Positions 29,255 to 42,739 are shown, counted from the stretch's first letter. The stretch: 64,000 bases of DNA from the human T2T-CHM13v2.0 reference genome, Homo sapiens (GCF_009914755.1 NC_060928.1); one strand, 5' to 3'. Translations and numbers: made by a program. Notes: generated by a model from the letters alone, not told the origin.

Positions 29255-29884
29255 CTACTACAAGCTTCTGCTCTTGGTAAGCTGTGATTCTCTGTATCTA
29301 TCCCTCTGTCCCATTTGGGGGATCTCAATTCTTTGGTGGATCTAAGAAGAGTTACTAATTTTCAGTTTGCTCAGCGGTTTCCCTTGTTGTGAAGATGAGA
29401 ATGACAACTTACAAGCTTTTTGCATGTTGAACTGGAAATGAAAATTACTTCTTTAAGGTCATTTTTATATTATAAAAATACAAAACCTTGAAATATAGAA
29501 ATAATATATCCATCAAGCATGAAGGGTAACTTTATTTACTTTCCAATATAATAAAGATAATGCCTCTTTCTTGGGAAAAGTTCAGGTCCAATTTCTTCTA
29601 GCCTATTCTAAAAGATGCAGATTGTCTAAGGTTGGGGTTTCATAGCTATAACACAGATTTGCATGCAAAGCATCCATCTGGGCCCCACTGTATTACTCCA
29701 TGAAACTTGGAGGTCAGGGGAACACACATCTGTGGATACTCATGTCATGATGCTTACTGTGCTTTAAAGAATAGTCTTTTGTTTCTGACTCAAAAACGAG
29801 TCTTTTTTTTTTAAGCTGTGATTTTTCATTTCCTGGGGAGGAGAAAATTCCAATGAAATACGTAAATATTTGGTTTCATTCTCT

Positions 29885-30528
29885 TTTTTTTTTTTTTAAA
29901 AAACTATTTCCATAGGTTTTTGGGGAACAGGTGATATCTGGTTACATGAGTAAGTTCTTTAGTGGTGATTTGTGAGATGTTGATGCACCCATCACCTGAA
30001 CAGTATACACTGAACCCAATGTGTAGTCTTTTATCCCTCACCACCCCCACCCTTTCCCCCGAGGTCCCAAAGTCTATTGTATAATTCTTACGCCTTTGCA
30101 TCCTCATAGCTTAGATCTCACTTTTGAGTGAGAACTTATGATGTTCGGTTTTCCATTCCTGAGTTACTTCACTTAGCATAATAGTCTCCAATTCCATCCA
30201 GGTTGCTGCAAATGCCATTAATTCATTCCTTTTTATGGCTAAGTAGTATTCCTTTATATATATATATATATATATATATTCCATTTATGTTACATAAGAA
30301 TAATCAGAAAATTATATTTATTCTGTTTTCCAGTTTTTTTCTGGGGATTAGAAGATGGCATGGTCATCAAAATAAACGGCAAAGGATACAATCCTCTGCT
30401 AAGTTTTTTGTATTTTTTCTGTTTGAACTTCTATGATATATATATATCACAGTTTCTTTATGCACAGTTGATTGATGGGCATTTGGGCTGATTCTGTATT
30501 TTTGCAATTGTGAATTGTGCTGCTATAA
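29885..30528 (-). mobile_element. L1PB 3' end (5'-truncated) carrying a 155-bp non-L1 insert
   Basis: Poly(T), then tttccataggtttttggggaacagg...ggttttccattcctgagttacttcac...tcacagtttctttat...gaattgtgctgctataa. Confidence 0.9.
30278..30432 (+). repeat. Local direct duplicate (copy 1) of 32109-32263
   Basis: 155 bp, 5 mismatches by manual alignment. Confidence 0.95.
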
Positions 30529-30609
30529 TTTTCTGTCAGAATCCTGGAAACTATGCCAAGCTAACTTCTTTGCTTCTAAGTAGGGTCAAATCCCAGACTT
30601 ATCACAGTT

Positions 30610-31050
30610 CTTGATATGTCTATCCACCAAAAAAGACTTACGTAAAATTATTTATTGTAGTTTTGTGCATAATAGCATACATTGGGGGAAATGAACTATT
30701 CAAAAGCAGGTGAATAAATAAATGTTGGTATTTCATACAATGGAATACTACTTAGCAATATAAGTGAATGAAGTATTTGTATATATAAAATAACACGGAT
30801 GAAAATCCCAAAATTATGCTGACGAAAATAAGGTAGACATAAAAGAGCACATGCTTTATGCCCCCCTTTATATGAAATCCTTGAATTACCATGATGAATG
30901 CATGGTTATAGAAATCAGAACAGTGTTTGTTTCTATGTAGTAGATATTGACTGCACAGTGCCAGAGATGATGGAGATCTTGATAGGGATGCAGCTGATAT
31001 AGGTGCATTTTCAAAACAGATCATACTGTACATGCAAGTTCTAAACTCAG
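30610..31050 (+). mobile_element. L1ME 3' UTR fragment
   Basis: aataaataaatgttggtatttcatacaatggaatactacttagc...atagaaatcagaacagtg. Confidence 0.6.
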
Positions 31051-31659
31051 CATCCATTTGAAAAAAGAATGCAAATAATTTGAAACAAATTTATCAAAGT
31101 TTCACTCTTAAAGAAACACAACTAGTTGTTAATGGTGTGTGTGCACTAATTGAGCAATGCACAACTTCTTAAACTTTGAAATCGGATTGAACACTGCTAT
31201 CTTCTCCTGTTTCACATTGATTATCCTGTGGTACTTTCTTTTTATCATTTCAACCTAGAAAATTCAGTAAGTTTCACAAAGATATAATGTCACCAAAAGG
31301 AATTTAACATTATTTAGAGTTGAAACTGAAACGCCTTGAGCCAATAGTTCAAACAGTGTCTGAGAGATATCAGAAGTCCGTGTATTTCCTTTGAACAATT
31401 TGAACATTTCCCTCCCTTCACCCTTGTGTGTTTGTAGCAGTAAACCAAGCACATTGGCTCCACAACATGGAAAACACAGGATCGGATGGTTTGCAGGGCT
31501 TTTTCAACTCTGAAATGTTACAATTCTATGTTGAGAGGAGATTTTTGTAATAAGAAGATATTCTGTCTTTGCAGCAAGCATATTTAAGGTCACCATCACA
31601 TTTTGAATTCTGTATTCTTCCTAATGAAAGATATTGATATGCAGCATAGATAGGAGTAA

Positions 31660-31877
31660 CGATTTGAAGTCAGACATATATGGATTTTGCATCCACTACT
31701 TACTATCTGAGGACCAGAAAGTCCGTTAAATTCTCTGAGCCTCAGTTTTGTCAAGTGTGAAATTAAGATAATGTCATACATACCTCACTGCAATGCGGTG
31801 AAATGAAAGCAATACATGTAAACCTCTCAAGCAAGTTCGTAGCACATTGTTAGTGCTCAATAAATGTCATCTATTAA
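31660..31877 (+). mobile_element. MIR
   Basis: ttaaattctctgagcctcagttttgtcaagtgtgaaat...gtgctcaataaatgtcatctatta. Confidence 0.75.
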
Positions 31878-32108
31878 AATGAGCACTTTTATCATTCATT
31901 GAGTTTGAAGTATTTTTTTAAGATGATGAGTTTTTTCTAAACAAATCAAGGAGCTCATAATGTCAAATATATCACTATATTAAATTAGGAGATGCAGACT
32001 AAAAGTAAAAATATATGAACCAGCTTAAGTAACTCTTAATCATTTTTCTGACTACTTTCTATCTTGCTTAACAAAACATATCAAATTTTAAAAACTAAGT
32101 ATGTATTA

Positions 32109-32263
32109 ATTCCATTTATTGTACATAAGAATAATCAGAAAATTATGTTTATTCTGTTTTCCAGTTTTTTTCTGGGGATTAGAAGATGGCATGGTCATCA
32201 AAATAAAGGGCAAAGGATACAATCCTCTGCTAAGTTTTTTGTATTTTTCCTGTTTGAACTTCT
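32109..32263 (+). repeat. Local direct duplicate (copy 2, probable donor) of 30278-30432
   Basis: Embedded without visible junctions in non-repetitive sequence. Confidence 0.95.
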
Positions 32264-34249
32264 GGCCAGTTTCTGAAGCTTTCCACCCTGTATCTGTCAA
32301 ACAATTATTTCTCAATTTGAGCAAAATAGATCTTGAAAATTATGGCATCTCTACCTTCCCTTCTGAAAGCATAACAGAACTGGGAAAAGGATGGAGGGAA
32401 GAAGGGAGAGAGGGAGGGAGAGAGAGAGAGAAAAAAAAATCAACTTACACCAATATTACAGCTATCTATTCAAAGGTAAAAGAGAAAACTTGTTATGCTT
32501 GTTATTTCCATGCTTATCAGTTTGCAAATCATTTGTGATACTTGTGCCCTGTTCGAAGAGTTGATTTACTTATTAACATTAGAAAGTGCTTGAGTCAAAT
32601 AATAACTACTAGATAAGCTGCAGATCTGACTGAAGAAGTAGAATTAATGTCACATTTGACTACTTTTGCCATTGAGAAACATACATTTACCACAGGCTTA
32701 AGTACGTGATATTTCTTGAGTAGTATTAGTCCTCTAAGCTCTGGCTTCACTGAATAGTAAGGGTAACAACAAAGCGCTGGAACATAGCCAGTCACTGGCA
32801 CAATAACACTGTTGGGCAATAGCACTCCTGTGGGTCGGCTGTGGCAGGGATTGTAGACTACCCAAGAAATTGTAGGGACAGGATCGCTTCAAATTCAGCA
32901 AGCAGAAGACACTGTGTAGGACTGAGTGAAATGAATCTATACACTTAAGCACAGGAAATTGAAAAATAATAGTAATGACCAGAGTAAACTAATATTCTTG
33001 ACATGAAATTATTGGTATGAGATCCAAGAAAAAGAAACCTGCCTACTTACTCCAAAGGAAAGCAATGGTATCCCGCAAGGAATTGATGAATTTCTCTCTA
33101 AAATCTTGAAGAATTTATCTACATGTTTATTGTGCATTTTCCTCTACCTTTGCTCTCTCAATTGTCCTGTAAAGGGGGATTTTCCCTACCTATTTCTCTG
33201 CCTCCACTGTGGGCCAACATAGAAGCAAAACTAATTACTCAGAGGAGCCATTCATGTACAGAAAGATTATAATATACTCTTACAGAGTCTCATTTTCTTA
33301 CTTATAAAAACTAAATATGATTGGAGTAAGGTAAGAAGGCAGACAGAACTGAAAGAAAAGACTTGGCCAAGAAGTAGGAGAGAATATATTGTCAGAAAGA
33401 GACTCAAAATTGAGCAGTTTATCAGTGGAGACCTTCTCTGTAATCCACTGTCTGTGTCCAACTTTCTTTCCAACAATCCTAGACTTTTGTATAATCTTCG
33501 GAGTGGAGAAATATCTTAGGTGAGGACAAAGGAAAATTCATGAGCAAGGTGGAATTAAACAGGATCTGCTGGACATTTCTCTTTGTGTCTATGCAATGGT
33601 AAACACATTGGTGATTTAAAAATCTTCATATGAAGTCACTAGTTTGAAGCACCATTATGAGTTCTAGGGAACTGAAAAATTCTGCAAGAAATGTTCAAAA
33701 AATCATTTAAGTTCTGTGTAAGAATTTTAAAATAGCAATTATATAAATTAATGTGATCTAGAGATTGATGAAATTTCTCTGAAGCCAGGAATGAAGCAAG
33801 AGCACAAGTCTAAGAAATAATTGAATGCTGAAGGTCCTCACTGACCCAGGATATATCATCACTGGTAGCTTAGAGCTTTAGTTTTAATGACTGCTTAAGA
33901 GAGAGTCAAAGACAAAGACAGGGCCATTGTATAGTGAGGAATTCAACTGAAGACCTTAGTGAAAAGCCCAGACTTACAAAGACCTAAGTCAAAGAAAGTA
34001 TTAAATAAGAGATTCTCTGATTAGGATTTGCTTTGGGTAAAGGGAGAAGCAGTAGTCTTCCTAAAATATTTTTGGCCACATGTCTGTTCTTCAGTGGGCT
34101 TGCATCCTTAATTCACACTATTTGCAATTAAATAATTTTAATTGAAAGAAGATCTCAGTCTGTAGCTTTCTAGGACATAGAGAAAGTAGGTAAATTCCTT
34201 CCTGATAAACACACCCTCACATCAAGCTTCAACAAATTCCCAGAGAGTT

Positions 34250-35300
34250 TTAATAAACATATGTTCAGAATCAGAGATCATAAACCAACCCAAAAATAAA
34301 TTAGGCATTGTGAGTGAGCAACAGCGGGACAGATAGCAGACGTCAGCGATATTAGAATTATTACAAATATAATCTGAGTATGACTAAGTTTATATGAATA
34401 AAATATGGAATAAAAACATGAGTAAAGACCAAGCATCTATCAAAGATGAATAGGCATAGTTGAGAAAAGGCAAAATTGAATATTTAGAAATAAAAATATA
34501 GTTAGTGAATTAAAACTAAGTTTGTGGTATAGCAGCTTAAAAGAGAACTAATGCCACAGCAGATATAAATGCAAAAAACATATAATTGATGCCCAGAAAG
34601 ATAAAGTCATAGAAAAGTATAAATATGAGGCTAAGAAACATGAGGCTGAGATAGTTCAGCATATATCTGTGAAAGTTCTGGAGAAAATAATATACTGAAG
34701 ACAGACAGTATTTTACTGGATAATGGTCAATAATTTCCCAAAACTAATTAAGTCAGGCTGAGGGATACTAACAAGTCTCAAACAGAATAAATTTTCATAC
34801 CTAGATATGAAATTAGAAAAGCTGCAGAGGACCAAATAAAAAAGTAGTTGCTTAGAAAAAGCAAAGATAAAGGATGATTTACAAAGTAATGATAACTAGA
34901 TTAACATTTGGCTTCTCAACAGACTTCTCAATGGAAGCCAGAAGTCACTAGAATTTTACTTTCTAAATGCTGAAAGTTTATTTCAACCTAAAATAATATA
35001 CCCTGCAAAAACAACTTTCAAGAAAGCCAAATTAAAGACTCTTTTATAAATAAAAAGTCTATCTCCAACAGATTCTCCCTGAAATAGAATCTAGAGGATA
35101 TATTTTAGGAAAGAATATACTTTATGAAGGATATAATTTAGAAACATCCTAGAAAGAAGGTCTGAGATATATAAATACATGAAGAACAAAGGGAGGTAAT
35201 TGGAGAGGGCTTACAGGGAGCTTCAATAGCCTAGGAAATGTTCTATTTCATTGTATTATTATTTATTATGTTATATATGTTTTTATATGCACCAAATGCT
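34250..35300 (+). mobile_element. Old L1M ORF1-region fragments
   Basis: gacttctcaatggaagccagaagtcac...tttcaacctaaaataatataccctgc. Confidence 0.5.
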
Positions 35301-36675
35301 CATAATTTTAAAAATAGATGAAAATTATCATCTGATCCCTGTGGAAAAAATACATTTGTATACGAGAAAGAGGAGCATATTACCCAAAAAATCCACAGTG
35401 AAAATCAAATCTCTGGGAATAACTCAGAAAAGGAAGCAAAGCAAACAAATATTATTGACAACTGTTTTGAACAAACTGTGTTAGACAACTGTTTCCCCTA
35501 AAGTATTTGAAGAGGTGTTTTCAAGAAATATGCGTATCTGACACATGTAAAGAACAGGTCAAGGAGACAACATAATCAACTAGGAAGTCATGGGAATTGT
35601 GTAGAGGAAAAATTGACCAATGAAATAGCAATAATAGAATGGGCCTTGCTAGAAAATTGATACAGAAAATTGCATCTGTGAGCTGAAGACAAATTTCAAA
35701 GTTCTTTTAGAATGAAGTATAAAATAATGAGGTAAAGAAAATAATGAAAGGACAATAAACATGGAAAACAGAGCAGAGCTACAAGTAAGAAGATTACAGA
35801 TAGTGGTGTAAACGAAAGCAGATATAACATCCACAATGTATTTATTGAGTGCCTCCTATTTGTAGGCTCTGGAGTAATACAAGCATATGTCATATCACTT
35901 ACTACTATACTAACATGTAAAGTTAGCATTATTTCTCCAATTATGGAAAAGGATATTAAGCCACAAAGAAGTTACTTGTTAAAGATCACACAGTTGGAAT
36001 TTGAGCCTAGGTTTTTCTGGTTCAAATGTTTGAACTGTTTATCGTTTTAAATAATATCAAGGAAGGTAAACTTCTAGTTGACTTGCTTTGGATTACAGAA
36101 GAAGTCATTTTGTGTTCATAACAGACAAAATATTAGTGCATATAAAAATATGAAAACTTTTTTACTCCAAATAATACAGCATGTAAATATTATACATATA
36201 TATCACATAACATATATATAAAAGGAAAATGGATAATATAATTCATGTGTGAATAAAAATGTCTAAAATCAAATCAACAATTATTGTATTCATCAAAATT
36301 GCAAAAGAATAAGCCACAAGTCAAGAAGATTTAAACAAAACTATATGTATAGTTTGATATTAGAATATGTAATATACTATTTTAAAATGTTAAAGGAAAA
36401 ATGTATCATTTATGTAAACCAAAGGAGTTCAATTACAGGGTAATCTCAGTTGTACTATAAAGGCACTTAATAGCTAAACCACCTTAATAATAAAACGTCT
36501 TATTAAATGAGAATATGCTGACTCCTTTCATGAAAAGAATATTTTTCTAACCAACAGGCAAAACTACATTTAAGGTTAAAATACCAGAATCATTCTAAAT
36601 CCAGAAGCAAGTCACCAATATCATTTTTTAAAAATATTCTAAAATTGTAGCCAATTCAGTAAGTATTAAGAAAGT

Positions 36676-36975
36676 GGCTGGGGCATAGTGGCTCACACCT
36701 ATAATCTCAGCTCTTTGGGAGGCTGAGGCAGGAGGATCTCTTGAGCCCAGGAGCTGGAGACCACCCTGGGCAGCATAATGAGACCCCATCTCTACAAAAA
36801 ATCAGAACAATTAGTTGGGTGTGGTGGCACATGCCTATAATCCCCGTTACTTGGGTGGCTAAGGCAGGAGGGTCGCTTGAGCCTGGGAATTTGAGGCTGC
36901 AGTAAGCTATGATTGCACCACTGCACTCCAGCCTGTGCAACACAGGGAGACCATCTCTAAAAAAAATAAAAAATA
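36676..36975 (+). mobile_element. AluJ
   Basis: ggctggggcatagtggctcac...ggaggatctcttgagcccagg...gaggctgcagtaagctatgatt (AluJ diagnostic); flanking aagaaagtg repeat. Confidence 0.92.
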
Positions 36976-38446
36976 ATCTTAAAAAAGAAAGTGTTAAATA
37001 TAGCTTTATAAAGTATACTGAATTATAATATGCAGATGCTATAACTACTCATTATTAAAAAAAATGACTTCTAATTCAACTAATTAGAATGTTTTATATT
37101 TCTAAATATTGGCATGGTGCAGGGAAATGGGCACTCTCATATAGTGTTATATGGAGTAGTAAATTTATTTTAAAAATTTATTGACATAAATTAAGAGCTT
37201 TGTGTTTGTTAACTACTTGAACTCTATCCTAAAAATTGCCAGATCTATGCAAAAATATGTGCATACAAAGATGATTACTATGTTGCTAATTATGTAATAT
37301 TACAAATTGGAATATACATGTCCAAGTAACGAAGAATGCTTAATTAAAATATACTACACGTTCATTAAATTTGGATTTGGAAAGATGTCAAATAATGTGG
37401 AATGCTGATATCTTAAGTGGAAAGGGTATATATTATTTTTACATTATGAAAAATATAATTTTAAAATAAATTTTAAAAAGACTCTCTATATCCAGTATGA
37501 TCACCACAAAGGAAAAGGCTGATGCTATACTTAACATTTATTATCTTTTAGTGATATGATTACAGTCATTCCTATGTCTGTCTTTATGTATTTCTGTATT
37601 CAATTCAAATAGTAAGGGGATTAGGGGAAGAGAGAGAGAAAAAGAGAGGTTTCTCGGACCAAAACTATATTTGACGACAATCATTGCCATTACCAAGAAA
37701 CAATGTATAAATCAGGGAAGGTTGCTAGGTAACAGAAGCAGCATACCCTGGTGGTGAGCTGCCCATTCATGCACTCTCTAGGGAAAAGGGTATCTTGATA
37801 AGATAGTTATTTGGGTTATTGAGTATCAGGACATTTGATATTATAAAATCATAATGCTATTAAACATTCAAATTATATAACACAATCTTGGATGAAGCAA
37901 CTAAACCATATTAAATTTGCTGAATTTAATGTGCATGACAGCCAGATGGCTGGCTTCTCCTGGTGAAAGCCTGACTTCAACATGTTCACATCAATGAAAA
38001 TGTGATCAAGCAGATGATCGTAAATTAATTCTCACAAAACTTAGAATATATGTTATGTTTGTCCTCATTTTATAAATTGGAAACTGAAGATATAAAATGG
38101 ACTTCTTCATGATCACAGAGAAATTAAATGGTAAACCCAGTGTTTGAACATAGATCTTTCTTTTCCCCAAAGTCCTATATTTCCTACTGTATTGTGCATT
38201 CCTTAAGGATAGACCCATATTCTTACTGCCTATCATGAGCCATGCATTCATCTCTAATCCTAAAGCTGGCACCACAAGGTAGAGATTATTTTAAAATGAA
38301 CACATACACACACACACACAGTTCTTTTCAACCTATTCCAACTCTGAGACATTTATGTGTTTGACTTCTCAGAAGCTAACCATCTCTTAGCTTGTACACT
38401 ATCTAAATGAGGAAACAGGAAACACCTGAAACTGCGAGAGTAAATG

Positions 38447-41400
38447 CAGCTGACCCTTGAACAATGTGGGCATTAGGCCCACAGATTCCCTGTGTAGTCA
38501 AAACTCTGCATATAACTTTTGACTCCTCAAATACTTAACTACTAAGTATAGAATGATCCATTTTGTAAGTCATCAAAAGCAGTCTTGAATCATTGGAACC
38601 CTTCTGCCAGATTGTCTAATGTCAATTTGATTCTGACACTGCTTCTTCTATGTCATCTTTCTCATCATCTGGCAGTGGTTTAGAAGTGAGAGGTGACAAC
38701 GTGCTAGCAGCCCTCGCTGGCTCTCGGAGCCTCCTTGGCCTCAGCGTCTGCTCTGGCCGCACTCTAGGAGCCCTTCAGCCCGCTGCTGCGCTGTGGGGGC
38801 CCCTCTCTGGGTCTGGCTGAGGCCGGAGCCAGCTCCCTCTGCTTGCTGGGAGGTGTGGAGGGAGAGGTGGGGGCGGGAGGCAGGGCTGGGCACGGAGCTT
38901 GCAGGCTGAGGCAGGTTCCAGGTGGGCACAGGCTCCACAGGCCCTGCACTTGGTGCAGCTGGGGCTTGATCGGAGGCTGGGTCCCATGCGTGGGCCGCCA
39001 TTCCCTCTTTGCGGGGTCGTTGGCCATGATGGCAGGTCTCCATCTCTTTCTTACTTCCCCTCTTTTTCTCTTGGTTGTCTGGGATGAGCTCCCTCTGGGC
39101 TGCAGGAGTGCCCGGGCTAGGTGCCAGCAAAGTGCCTTGGGGAGTGCCTGTGAGAGGTGAAGCCGGCTGGGCTTCTGGGTTGGGTGGGGACTTGGAGAAC
39201 TTTTCTGTCTAGCTAAAGGATTGTAAATGCGCCAATCAGCACTCTGTGTCTAGCTAAAGGTTTGTAAGTGTACCAATCAGCACTCTGTCAAAACAGACCA
39301 ATGAGCACTCTGTAAAATGGACCAATCAGCAATCTGTAAAACGGACCAATCAGCACTCTGTAAAATGGACCAATCAGGAGGATGTGGGTGGGGCCAGATA
39401 AGGGAATAAAAGCAGGCCACTGCAAGCCACTTAACTGGGGCAATGGCTTGGGTACTCTATGAGGCTGTAGAAGCTTTTTTCTTTTGGTCTTTGTAATAAT
39501 CTTGTTGGTGTTTGCTCTTTGGATGTGCGTGGTGTTTGTGAACTGTAACAGTGACTGCAAAGGTCTGCAGCTTCACTCCTGAAGCCAGCAAGACCACGAA
39601 CCCACCCACCGGGAGGAAGGAACAACTCCGGATGCACCACCTTTATGAATTGTAACAGTCAGCGTGAAGGTCTGCAGCTTCACTCCCCAGGCCAGAGAGA
39701 CCGTGAACCCACCGGGAGGAATGAACAACTCCAGACACGCTGCCTTTATGAACTGTAACACTCACGGCGAAAGTCTGCAGCTCCGCTTCTGAAGTCAGTG
39801 AGACCATGAACCCACCAGAAGGAAGAAACTCCAGACACCTCCAAACATCAGAAGGACAAAACGCCGGACACACCATCTTTAAGAACTGTAACGCACCGTG
39901 GGTGTCCGCGGCTTCATTCTTGAAGTCAGCAAGACCCAAGAACCAACCAATTCCGGACACAGAAGGACTCACCTCCATCAAGTCTCTTCTGTTAATTTCT
40001 CTTGTGTGGTGTTCTCCAAGATCCATATCTTGAAACCCTTCACTCCATCTTTATTTTTCGGTGTTTTTTTTTTTTGTTTTTTTTTTTTTTTTTTTTTTTT
40101 TTGGCATATCTACATATCTCTTTTGTGATTTTTTGGATTGGCTTTGTTATAAATCCCACGAAGTCATGCAACGTGATCTGAACGCAGTTTTCTCCAGCAG
40201 GAAGTTACTGTTTCAGGCCCAATGGCTTTGTTAGCTTTTCTATGGCAACGATGCAATCTTCAATGGTGTAATCTTCCCCAACTTTCGTGATGTTCTCTCT
40301 GTCAGGAATCTCTCCCGAAGCATTGACAATCCTTTTCTTAGAGCAGTGTGTGTAATGAGCCTTAAAGGTCTTTATGACCCCTGATGCAGAGGCCAAATTA
40401 CATACATTGTTTTTGGGGTCAAATAGAACACATTGATACCTTCAGTGTTGAACTCATGGGGTTCTGGGTAGCCAGAGCCATTGTCAGATATCAAAAGAAC
40501 CTTAAAGGCAGTTCCTTACTGCAAAGGTACTTCTTGACCTCAGGGACAAAATATCAGTGGATCCAAACCAGAAAAGGGTTTCTACTTGTCCAAGTCTTAT
40601 ATGAGCAAAAGATTGCCAACTGGTGGTTATCTTTTCCCTTCAAGGTTCAGGAATTAGCAGCTTTATAGATAAGAGCAATCCTGATTATAATCTCAACTAC
40701 ATTTACACAAAACAATAGCGTTAGCTTAATCTTCCTGCCTTAATTCCTGGTGCTTGTTTCTCTTCTTGACTAATAAATGTCCTTTGTGGCATTTTTTTTT
40801 CCAGGATAGGACACTTTTGACTGCATTAAGAACCTGTTCAAGCAGATATCCTTTCTCCTTAATGATTTTATTACTGGCTTCTGGGAAGTAGTTTGGTGCC
40901 TCTTGGTTGGCAAAAGCTGCTTCTCTTCTCGTCTTGACATTTTTTAAGCTCAGCCTCTTTCTAAAATGATCAGTCCATCCTTTGCTGGCCTTAAATTCGC
41001 CAGCTTAGAATCTTCACCTTCCTTTTGCTTTAAGTTGTGATAAAATGGCTTCACTTTTTCTTAAATCGTACTCATGTCTATAGGCGTGCCTTTCTTATAG
41101 TAATACAGCACCTACATAAAAGTTGCATTTTCAATATGAGATAAAAAAGTATTTCACAAAAAGTACAAGATTTTTGTGTCTCCTGGTGTAGTACAGTGGT
41201 CCTTATGTTGGATTCATTTATCTTAAAATGATGGGCGACTGCAGCTGCATACCTCAATCTGTGGTACAAATCAAGCAATTCAACATTTTCCTGTAATATC
41301 ATGACTTCTTTCTTTTTGTGGGGAAACACTTAGAGCATCACTACTGGCACTTCCTGTGGGTCCCATCGTGTTATTCGAGTTTAAGGGAGGGCGCTAAACA

Positions 41401-41895
41401 CTATGAAAAATCCTCAAGAACTGTTAAGAGATCATTTTTTACTTTGATTTGCAATTTACTGGATAGACAGAACTGCTGTCATGGAGATAATTAGCATCAC
41501 AGGGCTTTTTGAGGGGATACTCACAGTACTTGAGCACGCTGCAACAGCAGCAGGAGGTGACTCAAATTATTATAGTATTACAATATGTAATGAAATTATT
41601 TTGTGCAGTTATGATTTAATAGTGCATTTTTATATTTGTTAACATTTTTTCTCAGCTGAGTGGCACTAATGGTCTGTGTTTTTTGCATAAGTTGTGATAA
41701 CTTTTCACATTTTATAATAGATTTGTGTATATTTTAGTGGCAAATGATAAAATAGACTGGTCTTTGCATACATTTTTTGCATTCATGACATACCTAACCC
41801 TTTCTTAAGTTTTTCAATATATCTAGGCTACACAGTTTATCTACAAGGTTTCTCAAATTGTCTTCAATTTCAGTTTTTCCAGTCTATCAACTGAA
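38447..41895 (-). mobile_element. Tigger2 (TcMar-Tigger) DNA transposon with decayed transposase, interrupted by LTR12
   Basis: Left TIR cagctgacccttgaacaa; minus-strand transposase remnants 41078-41329 (KKEVMILQENVELLDLYHRLRYAAAVAHHFKINES) and 40205-40396 (GVIKTFKAHYT); right TIR not seen. Confidence 0.88.
38687..39961 (+). mobile_element. LTR12 (ERV9) solo LTR, LTR12D/E-like
   Basis: tgagaggtgacaacgtgctagcagcc...ccaattccggacaca; perfect TSD gaag (38683-38686, 39962-39965); six CCAAT boxes 39232-39374; GATA 39397-39400; AATAAAA 39405-39411. Confidence 0.95.
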
Positions 41896-42260
41896 AAACA
41901 TTTGACCATGGATTTTTTTCCTTTGCAAATCAAAACAGCATTTTATTACCTATTGCTTTCTACGTTAATTTAAAAAGCTATCAAATAAAATCTATGTTTT
42001 AGTGCTTATTTGGGGACATTTTGTTGAAACTTCAGATGTAAACATAGATTTTTCCTCGAATATTAAAGACTGTTGAATTCAGGCTACACAATCAGATAGT
42101 TCAGCTATAAGGCTGAATGCTCTGTAGGTTTCTGGAAAAAAAAAACAAATGTACATTTTACATTACTTTGAAGTAATGTCACAAAATCATTTTAATTGAC
42201 TTTTTTCCTATAGTTTTTCTATACTTATTGGTTCGGTCCTTAAGAAAATCTGTGAAAATT

Positions 42261-42604
<344 letters not shown>

Positions 42605-42739
42605 TTAAAGAAATGGTACATTATGCTTTTTTTCACATCCATATTTATTCATCCAATAACTTGTTAACAGTTTATTCAATGTATGTATATGGCACTATGA
42701 TTGGCATCAAAAATTGCTAAAAGAAAAAGTACCATGGAG

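Noticed and set aside
28097-29345. Cluster of overlapping 100-176 aa ORFs (similar cluster at 38741-40128)
   Set aside because: GC-rich, stop-poor LTR12 sequence; no recognisable protein family.
31070-31185. Imperfect inverted repeat (tcaaagttt ... aaactttga), possible MITE or hairpin RNA
   Set aside because: Too short and degenerate to assign without a search.
30203-32538. Two ORFs sharing the peptide HKNNQKI..FSSFFLGIRRWHGHQNK, suggesting a gene pair
   Set aside because: By-product of the 155-bp duplication; no promoter, splice or homology support.
40205-41329. Possible domesticated Tigger transposase (TIGD-like)
   Set aside because: Multiple frameshifts and stops, a poly(T) expansion, and an LTR12 insertion in the element's 3' part.
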